In this document: piece by piece, positions 9,594 through 18,601 of the stretch
How the letters are laid out: every line of letters starts with the position of its first letter
Numbering within the stretch: the stretch's first letter is position 1
Source of the DNA: Promethearchaeota archaeon
GTDB taxonomy: Archaea > Asgardarchaeota > Lokiarchaeia > Sigyniarchaeales > Promethearchaeaceae
Length of the DNA: 32,000 bases
Assembly: GCA_016933055.1 (NCBI GenBank)
Contig: JAFGBS010000021.1
Coordinates: 90,001-122,000 of the forward strand
Direction: 5' to 3'
Notes under the pieces: generated by a model
What the model was told of the DNA's origin: nothing
The model's input: only the letters and a program-made list of their open reading frames with translations
Databases searched by the model: none
Position numbers and translations under genes: made by a program

Positions 9594-9630
9594 TTCTCTT
9601 TTTTTTTCGTACTTTTTTCTTTAACCTTTT
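9594..9630 (+). terminator. Oligo-T archaeal-type terminator after the protease array
   Basis: TTTCTCTTTTTTTTTCGTACTTTTTTCTTT begins 12 nt after the stop codon. Confidence 0.55.
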
Positions 9631-9670
9631 AGCTTATTTTACAAGCTGAATTTTTACTCAGATACATCAC

Positions 9671-9862
9671 TTTGTTCTCCGAAATAACCATCTGGAATAG
9701 CCAATCTGCTAGTTGGCTCAATTTTCCTTAAATAGCAACCTTGGATCTATATATCATAGAACTAAAAAACCCGAACACGGAGGTAAAAAATCGATGAACG
9801 ATTACATGATGGAAAAAATTAATGAATACAAAATAAAAGAAAACCGAAACCGAAAATGGTGA
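9671..9862 (+). repeat. 192-bp dispersed direct repeat, copy 1
   Basis: Aligns without gaps to 13357-13548 with 14 mismatches by manual count (~93% identity). Confidence 0.95.
9794..9862 (+). CDS. Candidate 22-aa microprotein MNDYMMEKINEYKIKENRNRKW (copy 1)
   Basis: GGAGGT SD 9 nt upstream of ATG, TATA-like TTAAATA (~9728) and CTATATATC (~9747), T-rich tract after TGA; duplicated. Confidence 0.55.
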   Translation: MNDYMMEKINEYKIKENRNRKW

Positions 9863-10158
9863 AATTCTTCTTTTTTCTAATTTAATTCATTTTGTTTTGA
9901 ATAGTACTTCTGTTAGTTAGATCTTCTATTTTTTTGAGAGTTTCCAACACAATGATAATTCCTTTCATAAATGTCATTATGAGAAAAGTAATCATTTTGT
10001 CAGTGGATTTGTTATGATAATTAAACAAGTGGACTAATTATTCACCAATTATGATTAAGAAATTCACTATTTTTGAAATAGAATGATTTCATTTAATAAA
10101 GGTTCATCTCTTTTCTTACATAATTCAAAATTGATTTAAGTTTGAAAGAGTGTTCAAA

Positions 10159-10779
10159 ATGGAAGGTCAAGAAAGTTCTGATGAAATAAGAAATGATGTA
10201 TTTTGGCGAAAAGTAGTATTCCAATATTGGTATATAATCTTAATATTTCTTTTACTAATTGCCGGAGCCATTACGGGATTCATTCTCACACTGAAATGGT
10301 ATACTGAAGTGCGTATGATTGTTTCCACAGGAGAAACGGCCCTATCAACGTTTAATGAGTTTTCCATGCGATCCGCTGTTAGATGGATAGTATTTTTGGT
10401 ATTATGGGAATTGTTGATCGTATTCTTACCTTTCCTTGCCGTAGGGGGAGGTATCTTTGCTTTAGTATGGTACGTTATCTTACCAGAGAATCTAAAAGAA
10501 GAAATGAAATTGCGATCCAAGAAAGAAGAGGAAATGGAACGAAAGAAAAAACATAGGAAGAATGGAGATAGCGGAGTATTTGGATTATTGATGTTTGTTG
10601 GTTTATGCATCTATATTGCTGTAAATGGAAATTGGCAAACGGAATTTGGCAGTTTAAATCTGGGATACTTCGTGGACGCTTGGATTAGAGTATTCATTTG
10701 GATAATAATTATATTTGTTGTTCCTGCTATCGTGATAACAAGTATTTGGTTTATTTTACGATATGGAAAAGAAAAATAA
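10159..10779 (+). CDS. Hypothetical multi-pass membrane protein (~4 TM, charged central loop)
   Basis: Hydrophobic segments separated by a K/E-rich loop. ATG 10159 preferred to GTG 10150. T-run follows the stop. Confidence 0.75.
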   Translation: MEGQESSDEIRNDVFWRKVVFQYWYIILIFLLLIAGAITGFILTLKWYTEVRMIVSTGETALSTFNEFSMRSAVRWIVFLVLWELLIVFLPFLAVGGGIFALVWYVILPENLKEEMKLRSKKEEEMERKKKHRKNGDSGVFGLLMFVGLCIYIAVNGNWQTEFGSLNLGYFVDAWIRVFIWIIIIFVVPAIVITSIWFILRYGKEK

Positions 10780-10845
10780 ATCGATTTTACCCTTTTTTTT
10801 AATTTTTACATGACATTATAATAATTCTCTACATTCGATTGCCAC

Positions 10846-11355
10846 TTAATTCTTCTTTAGCATGGTTAAGAAATGTGTTAATTTATCAGAAAATTCCACG
10901 GCATGATCCTCAAAAATGAAAATTCTATTCCTCTTATCTCCCGATTGTTCCGTAATTACTAAGTACTTATCCCCTTTGCTTGTGTTTTTTATTTCAAAAT
11001 AATAGATCCGTGCCCCTGCATGTAATTTCGAATCATTTCCTTTAAATTTGGAACCATAATCCTTGGATTTCCGATCAAATCCTTTGGACTTGGGATCTGG
11101 TTTGTGATCAAATTTCAGTTTTTTCTCTATCTTCAAATCTGCTGGAACTTTATCTAACACTTTGAGATTAGTTCCATTGAAAAATTTCCCTTTTTGCACA
11201 ATTTTGCAGGAAATGATATCTCCTTCTTTCATTTTCGTCCCAATGTCTTCTTTCTCGAAAAATCCTACTGAATTATCGCATAATTTGAGTTGTAAGTATT
11301 TTTCTCCGTTTTTTCTCTCGCGAATCTCGACTTTTTCTACTTTATAATTACTCAC
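10846..11355 (-). CDS. Nucleic-acid-binding protein: N-terminal OB-fold-like domain fused to a PUR (Pur-alpha-like/DUF3276) repeat
   Basis: C-terminal SKLHAGARIYYFEIKNTSKGDKYLVITEQ..RNRIFIFEDHAVEF follows the PUR repeat pattern. N-terminal RERKNGEKYLQLKLCD..KEGDIISCKI resembles OB folds. GTG start with GGTGA SD. Confidence 0.7.
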   Translation of the reverse strand: MSNYKVEKVEIRERKNGEKYLQLKLCDNSVGFFEKEDIGTKMKEGDIISCKIVQKGKFFNGTNLKVLDKVPADLKIEKKLKFDHKPDPKSKGFDRKSKDYGSKFKGNDSKLHAGARIYYFEIKNTSKGDKYLVITEQSGDKRNRIFIFEDHAVEFSDKLTHFLTMLKKN

Positions 11356-11635
11356 TTTCTAAATCACCCAAAAATATATCTAGATATAGTCTAACGGCTA
11401 TCTAAGAAGAAAAACTTTCGGAAAAAGTGAGTCATAATAGTCAAATGGTCATAGATTAAACACTGTGAACTTAAAATGTGCAGAGTTCATTTCATCCATG
11501 GAGGAGAAAATGCAAGTAAAACTTAGAACAGTACTTCATGTTCTATTCGATGGTTCTGCTAATAGAATTCCAAAATTGGTGTACTTTCATATTAGTTTGT
11601 TTTGATTAAAGGTAGCGGGATTCGGTCATCGATCA

Positions 11636-12493
11636 ATGGAAATTTTATTTACTTTAGATTTGTTAAATTATTTGATCCTCATGGAAGGTTTAGATACTTA
11701 TACGATTAAAGAATTTTCGAAAGTACGGCAAATTTTGAGTGACGTCTATGAAGTTTCTATCAAAAAAACCTCGGTTATCGGCTTGATTGAACTAGATGTT
11801 ACAACAGCTCGTCACCGAATGCGAACATTTGAATCGGAGACAGGGAAAAAATTATCATTCACGGGTTGGTTAATCAAATGCATTTCGCAAGCCGTGAGTG
11901 AACATAAAGAAGTCCACGCCTATCGAGTAAAGAAAAACAAAATAATCGTATTTGATAATGTGCATGTGAGTGTAATGGTGGAAAGGACCACAAGTTCGGG
12001 TATAAAAGTTCCAATCACTTATGTTATTACTTCAGCTAACACCAAATCCGTCATGGAAATTACTGATGAAATAAGACAAGCTCAACAGCGAAAAATTGAA
12101 GAAAAGAATCAATTCGTGGCAGGCACCCCAAATTTCTTTGTTAAATTATACTCTCTCGTTCCGAGATTTCTGCGAAGAAGAATAATTCGAAAAAAATTAT
12201 CAGATCCTTGGTTTTATATTAAAAATGCAGGAACAGTCGGTGTTACTGCTATCGGAATGTTTGGGAAAAATATTGCAGGGTGGGCGATACCCTTCACTTC
12301 TAGCACTCTAAATGTAGCAGTAGGGGGAATGAAAAGTAAGCCAGAACTGGTGGATGGTAATCTTATTGATAGGGAATTTCTGAATTTGACCATCCAAATC
12401 GATCACACCTTGGTAGATGGAGCTCCGGCTACTCGATTTGTCTCTAGGTTGGTAGAATTGGTGGAATCTGGTTTTGGTTGCTATCAAATTTAA
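11636..12493 (+). CDS. Stand-alone 2-oxoacid dehydrogenase E2-like (CAT-fold) acyltransferase catalytic domain
   Basis: GTVGVTAIG and LTIQIDHTLVDGAPATRFV (DHRxxDG variant). No lipoyl or peripheral-subunit-binding domain. Start may be ATG 11681. Confidence 0.85.
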   Translation: MEILFTLDLLNYLILMEGLDTYTIKEFSKVRQILSDVYEVSIKKTSVIGLIELDVTTARHRMRTFESETGKKLSFTGWLIKCISQAVSEHKEVHAYRVKKNKIIVFDNVHVSVMVERTTSSGIKVPITYVITSANTKSVMEITDEIRQAQQRKIEEKNQFVAGTPNFFVKLYSLVPRFLRRRIIRKKLSDPWFYIKNAGTVGVTAIGMFGKNIAGWAIPFTSSTLNVAVGGMKSKPELVDGNLIDREFLNLTIQIDHTLVDGAPATRFVSRLVELVESGFGCYQI

Positions 12494-12578
12494 TAAATGT
12501 GTAATTTAGCTTGAAAGATATAGATGGAACTTAAGAATCAAATATTCGAATGGAATTAATGTCCTCGACGGTCTTTAG

Positions 12579-13295
12579 ATGAAAAAATATTTTCTATTTG
12601 TTCTATCTCTTTTCGTTTTAGGGGTACTAACTCTGACTGGATATGAAGTAAAAGCATTAAATTATTCTCCTGGCGTTGAAGTAGGTGATGTGTTGATATG
12701 GGAGACGCAGGAAGACCTCCACATTGCTCATACGGAACCTAATATATGGTACACGAAACACGTAATTATCGCAATCAATGACGTGAATGAGAATACAACA
12801 TGGGTCCAAGCTAATACCTTTTATTCGGAAGATAACATAGATTATGAACCCACTGGAGAAAATATAACTTGTGGTGTGTTAGAGGATTATATATTACAGC
12901 ACAGTGTCTATGAAATATGGATCAATAAGTACTATTATATCGTACCGGGGACTAAAATAGGGGATTACAGCGAAATCATCCAAGATGCGCATGTGGGAGA
13001 TGAATATAATGTATACATCCTCCAATTTGGATACGGATTGAACCTTCAGTATCATGATGATGAGGAAATTTTGTTCCAACAATCGATATACACAAAACAA
13101 GGAATATTAGAAAGGTTAAAGATAAATTATTATGACACAACAGTTACCTCTCTTCTGCTTTCAATTAATGGAACAAAATATAGATACCAAATACCGGGAT
13201 ACCACTTAATTTTATTCCTTGGCATCATTCTAGTCGCAATAACAGGACTTGTTATATGTGTGCACTATTTCCGTAAAGAAAACTTGGCAAGTTAA
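12579..13295 (+). CDS. Secreted/surface protein with Loki-CTERM-like C-terminal sorting signal
   Basis: N-terminal signal peptide MKKYFLFVLSLFVLG; C-terminal IPGY followed by a TM helix and basic RK. Confidence 0.8.
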   Translation: MKKYFLFVLSLFVLGVLTLTGYEVKALNYSPGVEVGDVLIWETQEDLHIAHTEPNIWYTKHVIIAINDVNENTTWVQANTFYSEDNIDYEPTGENITCGVLEDYILQHSVYEIWINKYYYIVPGTKIGDYSEIIQDAHVGDEYNVYILQFGYGLNLQYHDDEEILFQQSIYTKQGILERLKINYYDTTVTSLLLSINGTKYRYQIPGYHLILFLGIILVAITGLVICVHYFRKENLAS

Positions 13296-13356
13296 ATAAA
13301 AGTCATTTAACCATCTAGCTAATCCACCTAACTCTTTCCTTACTTGGATTCGATCC

Positions 13357-13548
13357 TTCGTTCTTCGAAATAACCATCTGGAATAGTTAATCTGCTAGAT
13401 GGCTCAATTTTCCTTATATAGCAACCTTGGATCTATATATCATAGAACTAAAAAACACTACCACGGAGGTAAAAAAACAATGAACGATTACATGATGGAA
13501 AAAATTAATGAATACAAAATAAGAGAAAACCAAAACCGAAAATGGTAA
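13357..13548 (+). repeat. 192-bp dispersed direct repeat, copy 2
   Basis: Ungapped match to 9671-9862. Confidence 0.95.
13480..13548 (+). CDS. Candidate 22-aa microprotein MNDYMMEKINEYKIRENQNRKW (copy 2)
   Basis: GGAGGT SD, ATG 13480, TAA 13546-13548, followed by a T-rich tract. Confidence 0.55.
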   Translation: MNDYMMEKINEYKIRENQNRKW

Positions 13549-13897
13549 GTTATTTTTACTTTCTTCTTCTTTTTTGCATTAACAACGCACTTACTTTCTT
13601 GAAATAAGGATTCAAACTCAAAGTCATATACTAATTGTTGAATTTTGTCTTTGCCCTACTACGTACAAAAAACTACGCAAAAAGCCATCTCGAGATAGAT
13701 CTTGGATAACATTATTTACTTTGGTAGTTTTTTCCTCACCCAAGAGTTGAAAATGCTACGAATGCCTTTTCTTTAACTGTTCGATGTCCGATAGATCGTT
13801 ACACTCAGATAAACTGATGCAATTCACTTCTTTAAGAAGTTTAAGTTCGCAATCCGATCGATGGGTTATTCGTATCATTTTTCCTTGTTCTTTTTCT

Positions 13898-15310
13898 TCA
13901 CTTTTGATATAACTCAGGATGTTCCGTGTGTATTGGTATTACATGATTTGGACGAACATCTCGAATTATTTGATGAATTTCCTTGCCTGAGGCGTGCCCA
14001 GATGCATGTGCATGATATTCTGGAATGCCAAATCGATTTAACCAGTTAGATTTGCGCTCTTCATCGAGCTCCATATCATCGGTAAATGGTTCACATGAGG
14101 ATTTAATCCAAATGGCACCTTTGGGTTGAATATCAATTAAATGTTTAATTTCCCACATGTTCATCGAAACTACATAGTGTTGTGGATTTTCAACGAGATC
14201 TCGAACTGTAATTGCATTTTCCCGATGGATGAAATCTTGCTCCCATTTGAAATAATCTTTCGATATTTGATGATCCGTGCAACCATCCTTGCATAGTAGC
14301 CCCCATCCCTTATTTGGAACTAGTATTTTCACTTCATCTATCGCAAACGGACTGATATCACCCAATAGTTCTATAAGGTATGCTAATTTTAAATTAACTG
14401 CGAACTGTCGTTGATTATCTCGTGCAGAGTCATATATCGATTTCACTCGATCCAAATCTCGAATGGGATGTTCTACAAACACTAAACCTTGGTTGTTGGA
14501 GACTAATTTGCTGATTTCTTCCCGGACTTTCAATTCGCCAATAGAATGCATATCTTTAATTCGTGTTCCTTCCATCAATAACCATTCTGGATTTGCAGCT
14601 TTTACTTTCTCGACGAAAGCGTGACTATATTCTCCATGATATCCGTGAAAGCGAATATCTCCGCTATAAGCTAAATTCCCCTCGTCGCTATAAATGATAA
14701 ATCCACAAGCACCAGGTAAGGAATGATCCACCAGACAGCATTCTATTTCCAGAGAGCCTATCTTTACTTTACCAACATTCGTTCCGGAACACGAGTCCAT
14801 AATATGAAAGGTACGGTCATGCACATATTCTCCGTGTTTACGGTCGATTCGAGACCACTCTCCTTTTTTATTTATGTAGTGTTTATAGGTTTCACATACA
14901 GTTACCAAATCCTTAAAACCCCCACTACCAGTTTCTTCTAATGCTTGCAATATGAGTTTGGTGGCGTGAGTACAATAAATTGGAATATCCCAACGGAGAA
15001 AATGGATATATTGCGCATGATCTGCATGAGCATGGGATAAAAATAACGCATCCACAGAGCGATCCTCTTTTGGTCGACCCATATGCTCGACATAATCTTC
15101 CCGATAGATTCCTTTAATATCTGGAAGCAGGCCCATTTCGAAAAAATCCTTTAATCCATCACATTTTCGGGGTTGCAGGAATTCGGAAAAATACATGCCA
15201 GTTGTGTTAAAACTCATTCCAAAATCCATCAAAATTCTGGTCCCTTTATGCTCGATAAGTACCTTATTCCCCCCGATCTCATTTCTTCCTCCTAAAACGT
15301 CGATCTTCAT
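13898..15310 (-). CDS. MBL-fold beta-CASP family nuclease (RNase J/CPSF-like)
   Basis: GGRNEIGGN, MDFG, SHAHADH, VDHSLPGA, YSGDIRFHG, MEGT, HASGHAS, IPIHTEH. ATG 15310 (GGTG SD) preferred to the track's 15343. Confidence 0.9.
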   Translation of the reverse strand: MKIDVLGGRNEIGGNKVLIEHKGTRILMDFGMSFNTTGMYFSEFLQPRKCDGLKDFFEMGLLPDIKGIYREDYVEHMGRPKEDRSVDALFLSHAHADHAQYIHFLRWDIPIYCTHATKLILQALEETGSGGFKDLVTVCETYKHYINKKGEWSRIDRKHGEYVHDRTFHIMDSCSGTNVGKVKIGSLEIECCLVDHSLPGACGFIIYSDEGNLAYSGDIRFHGYHGEYSHAFVEKVKAANPEWLLMEGTRIKDMHSIGELKVREEISKLVSNNQGLVFVEHPIRDLDRVKSIYDSARDNQRQFAVNLKLAYLIELLGDISPFAIDEVKILVPNKGWGLLCKDGCTDHQISKDYFKWEQDFIHRENAITVRDLVENPQHYVVSMNMWEIKHLIDIQPKGAIWIKSSCEPFTDDMELDEERKSNWLNRFGIPEYHAHASGHASGKEIHQIIRDVRPNHVIPIHTEHPELYQK

Positions 15311-15445
15311 TTTGCTTTCACACCTAATTTGCATATTTCTCATTGTTTTTTATTTTTATATTTTTTTTTATGGTTTTTTACAGTTATTTGTATACCTTTC
15401 AGAGTTCTTCCTTTGTATGGTATATTTTAGCATCGGAATAGTATA

Positions 15446-16813
15446 CTAATCCGTTTCTTTCTCCTCAAATTCTAACTCATCTTCATGTACTTCGATATCA
15501 CCGATCTTCCAAAAGCGTAATTTGCCTAGGTCATCTCCTGTGAGAGCACCATAATCATGACCCACAACAATTCGAGCCAATGTGTCACTTATAAATTTAT
15601 AACTCTTCTTCTGGACGTCTCTCGAAAACAAAAATGCAAGATATTCGGGTCCAGAACCACAGATCCAATCCCGAACGTTGGCAATATTAGAGGTAATCTC
15701 TTTTTTCATATGCACTTTCTTAATATGTTTTTCCGAGATTCGAGCAGGTAACTCCCGCTGAAATTGATAGAGGATACCGTTAGAATTGACGATATATAAC
15801 CCATAGGCAGATTCTGCTATCCCCATTAAAACTGAATTACCTAAATGTTGGTTTAATAACAACTCACCTTTTGTAGAAAAAATTATCATATCTCCACGAT
15901 GTTCCCTTATTCCACCTAATACAACAATTCTGTGGGAAATGGGCAGAAACTCAATTCGTGTGATTTCGGGTTTCCCGAGTACATATTTTGATCTGGTCCC
16001 AAAATCTTTTTCAAAAATAGTTCCTTTAGTTCCTCCTTTAATTAAAGTTTCCATTTCTTTGTTTTCTTTGAATACTTTTTGATTGAACACTAAGATGGGT
16101 TCTTCAACCTGATCTTTACCATCTTTAGGAGGTTTTACATCCCAAATCTGTACATTACCGTTTTTCAATCCGATAAATAATAAATTCTCATAAATTACTA
16201 ACGACATTACGGCAGCAGGAACGGATTTTTTCCAGATAATGTTTTTCTCTTTCCTATTTGAACTCCATTCTAATTTTATTACATAATAACTATGCGGACC
16301 TTTAGAAGAATCTCCCTCACTCTCCCGTAATCCCAAATAAATAATTTTTTTGGTAGTTTTAGATTTAGTTTGAAGTTCTGTTTTCAGTTCTCGTATGTCA
16401 ATGACCCCACATCTCACAAATTTCATTGGATAGAATTCCTTAATTTCAATTTTAAATGATTTTGGATTGATAGTAAACTCGCCGATTTCATATAATCCGA
16501 AGTAGAATCCATGATATGGAGTTTTCATGCAGATATCCAAAATATAACCTGCTCCCGTCTCAAATATATCGTGTTGTCTGAGAAAGTCCACATTTACGAG
16601 ATGTTTTTTGCCCGAATCCGATCTTGCTTTAAAGGAATTATACGTACGACGCTCTACATTCTCGAGTTTAAGACTATTTTTCCTTCCCAATTCTTTGGAA
16701 TTTAGAATTTTATTACTAGAACAATCCAACACTTCGATAACATTTCGAGCGAATTCGACATCGACATCATATTCAGGAATATTGAATCGCTTCTTCTTTG
16801 GTTCTTTTGTCAT
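15446..16813 (-). CDS. Hypothetical protein with WD40-like beta-propeller repeats
   Basis: VMSLVIYENLLFIGLKNGNVQIWD and VVGHDYGALTGDDLGKLRFWKI resemble WD blades; beta-rich throughout; GGTGGTG SD. Confidence 0.65.
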   Translation of the reverse strand: MTKEPKKKRFNIPEYDVDVEFARNVIEVLDCSSNKILNSKELGRKNSLKLENVERRTYNSFKARSDSGKKHLVNVDFLRQHDIFETGAGYILDICMKTPYHGFYFGLYEIGEFTINPKSFKIEIKEFYPMKFVRCGVIDIRELKTELQTKSKTTKKIIYLGLRESEGDSSKGPHSYYVIKLEWSSNRKEKNIIWKKSVPAAVMSLVIYENLLFIGLKNGNVQIWDVKPPKDGKDQVEEPILVFNQKVFKENKEMETLIKGGTKGTIFEKDFGTRSKYVLGKPEITRIEFLPISHRIVVLGGIREHRGDMIIFSTKGELLLNQHLGNSVLMGIAESAYGLYIVNSNGILYQFQRELPARISEKHIKKVHMKKEITSNIANVRDWICGSGPEYLAFLFSRDVQKKSYKFISDTLARIVVGHDYGALTGDDLGKLRFWKIGDIEVHEDELEFEEKETD

Positions 16814-16888
16814 TTTTCCACACCACCCTCTTTTTATTAAAGTTCGCGTTTTATAGGCTCCACAAAAAAAGCCGTGAAAAATGTATAT

Positions 16889-17710
16889 TTAATTTAAATA
16901 ATGGAAGATTTGAATGAGTTTCTTCCCTTTTTCAGATAACATCACTTTTTTATTACGAGTATCGGATGAAATCTCGATATATTCGAGAGTCTTGGAAAGT
17001 GGTCGCAAAAAGTCTTTTACTTTCATATACAGTGCAGATTTACGCTTGTGAATATCTTTATGCTTGCTTTCCAGATCAATTATCCCGCTAGATTGGAGTT
17101 TTTGAACGAGGTCTTTCAGGTAAGCAAATTGTGGTGCATCCTGAATTTCTTGCTTAGATAACTGTTTTTTTGCATATCTACGCTGAATCATTTCATCAAT
17201 CAATTTTAGAGTTTGAATGTGTTCCTTTTCGGGTCTCTGGGTAGGAAAAGTCAGTGGTTTCTCAATGTAAATATCACCCTTATGAACTGGTCCCTCGTCG
17301 TAGGGATCATAAGTGGAAGAGTAGACGTAATAGTATTCTAAACCCCAGATCTTGGAGGCTTCGATGCTTGCAATTGATGTAATTTTAGACCCGGTACTGA
17401 TGTTAATATAAATAGTAGCATTAGGGCTTTCTTCTCGTTCTATTTTAACTATCTTCGATATTTCTTGAATAACAGCGATATAATCCACGTAATCGATTTC
17501 CTTATGTATGATTTGGATCGTAGGAATTTTGTTTTTGAGGATTTGTGTATTATCATGATAAAATTGAAGATTAGGGTCTTTTTGCTTAGTTTTCTGTATG
17601 CAAGCGGTGAAATAATAAAGTTTATGCGGTGGATTTTGGAGTAGGGGTTCCGTAATACGATGAGTCTCTTTAGCATTGAATACGATATGAATTTGCGGAG
17701 AAAATATCAT
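16889..17710 (-). CDS. DUF6293/HFX_2341-like protein: CARF-like Rossmann domain plus C-terminal winged HTH
   Basis: QIHIVF..RITEP..HKLYYF, INISTGSKITSIAS, and C-terminal YIEISSDTRNKKVMLSEKGKKL (wHTH wing). Confidence 0.75.
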   Translation of the reverse strand: MIFSPQIHIVFNAKETHRITEPLLQNPPHKLYYFTACIQKTKQKDPNLQFYHDNTQILKNKIPTIQIIHKEIDYVDYIAVIQEISKIVKIEREESPNATIYINISTGSKITSIASIEASKIWGLEYYYVYSSTYDPYDEGPVHKGDIYIEKPLTFPTQRPEKEHIQTLKLIDEMIQRRYAKKQLSKQEIQDAPQFAYLKDLVQKLQSSGIIDLESKHKDIHKRKSALYMKVKDFLRPLSKTLEYIEISSDTRNKKVMLSEKGKKLIQIFHYLN

Positions 17711-17957
17711 GATACATCTCGATACTTTTTTACAAGTGATTTTTTTAACTTATTATCTATTAAGCGAGTTAAGTTAATAAGTTTTATTATTGATGCTGAT
17801 CGATCTATAGATGCTAAAGGAAGTTCATAGAGCACCGCACCCCCGGTATTTTGTATGAGCTTCTTTTGGCTCTTATTTTTCATGGTATATGCCTGTTTGG
17901 ATATATATGGGGTTATAATTACCATGTAAATAAAAAATACAGGAGGAAAATGATAAA

Positions 17958-18326
17958 ATGACGAAATATTGCCAAAAATGCGGAACTGCATTAGATGATG
18001 ATGCGGAATTTTGCGAGAATTGTGGTTCTCAACAAATTAGATCTTCTAAACCTGAGCCTCAGAATATCACTGTGAATGTAAATAACGTAGCACAAGTTAA
18101 TGCAGGAATAGCAGGGTTTCAACCATCTCCAAAATCCAAGATTGTTGCATTAATACTCTGGATATTTTTAGGATACATAGGAGGTCATTATTTTTATGCG
18201 GGTAGAATTGGAATGGGAATTTTATACTTTTTTACGGTTGGATTTTTTGGAATCGGCTGGTGTATTGATCTTTTTGTAATCCTATCAGGTAATTTTAAAG
18301 ATTCATTCGGAAGACCAATGAAATAA
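17958..18326 (+). CDS. Zinc-ribbon plus TM2 (NINE) domain protein
   Basis: CQKCG..FCENCG; KSKIVALILWIFLGYIGGHYFYAG..GWCIDL; AGGAGG SD. Confidence 0.9.
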   Translation: MTKYCQKCGTALDDDAEFCENCGSQQIRSSKPEPQNITVNVNNVAQVNAGIAGFQPSPKSKIVALILWIFLGYIGGHYFYAGRIGMGILYFFTVGFFGIGWCIDLFVILSGNFKDSFGRPMK

Positions 18327-18601
18327 TCAATTTAACATCAAAATATTACTTATTTTATTTTTTTATTGCATTTTACTATAAAACGAACTCAATTTTTAAG
18401 AGAGAGTTCGATTCACATTTTAAAAGCACTTGAGCGAAATTTTTCATTCTTTCAATCTGCGTGTCAATCTGTATGTGATCAATCCCTGGAACAGTATAGT
18501 AATTATATCCGAATGAAAAATAATGTAGGTCCTTCCAGTGAGTGAAAAATCCTATTTATTCTGTGAATGTCATAATGCAGAACATGAGAAGATTTTGTTA
18601 A

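Noticed and set aside
9671-13548. 192-bp repeat as a MITE/IS or as a CRISPR repeat
   Set aside because: No convincing terminal inverted repeats or target-site duplication; too long for CRISPR, only two copies, no spacers or cas genes.
13756-13758. Pyrrolysine or other programmed read-through of the in-frame TAG
   Set aside because: No pyl genes or recoding signal visible, and no known protein family on either side; simple decay or chance is more likely.
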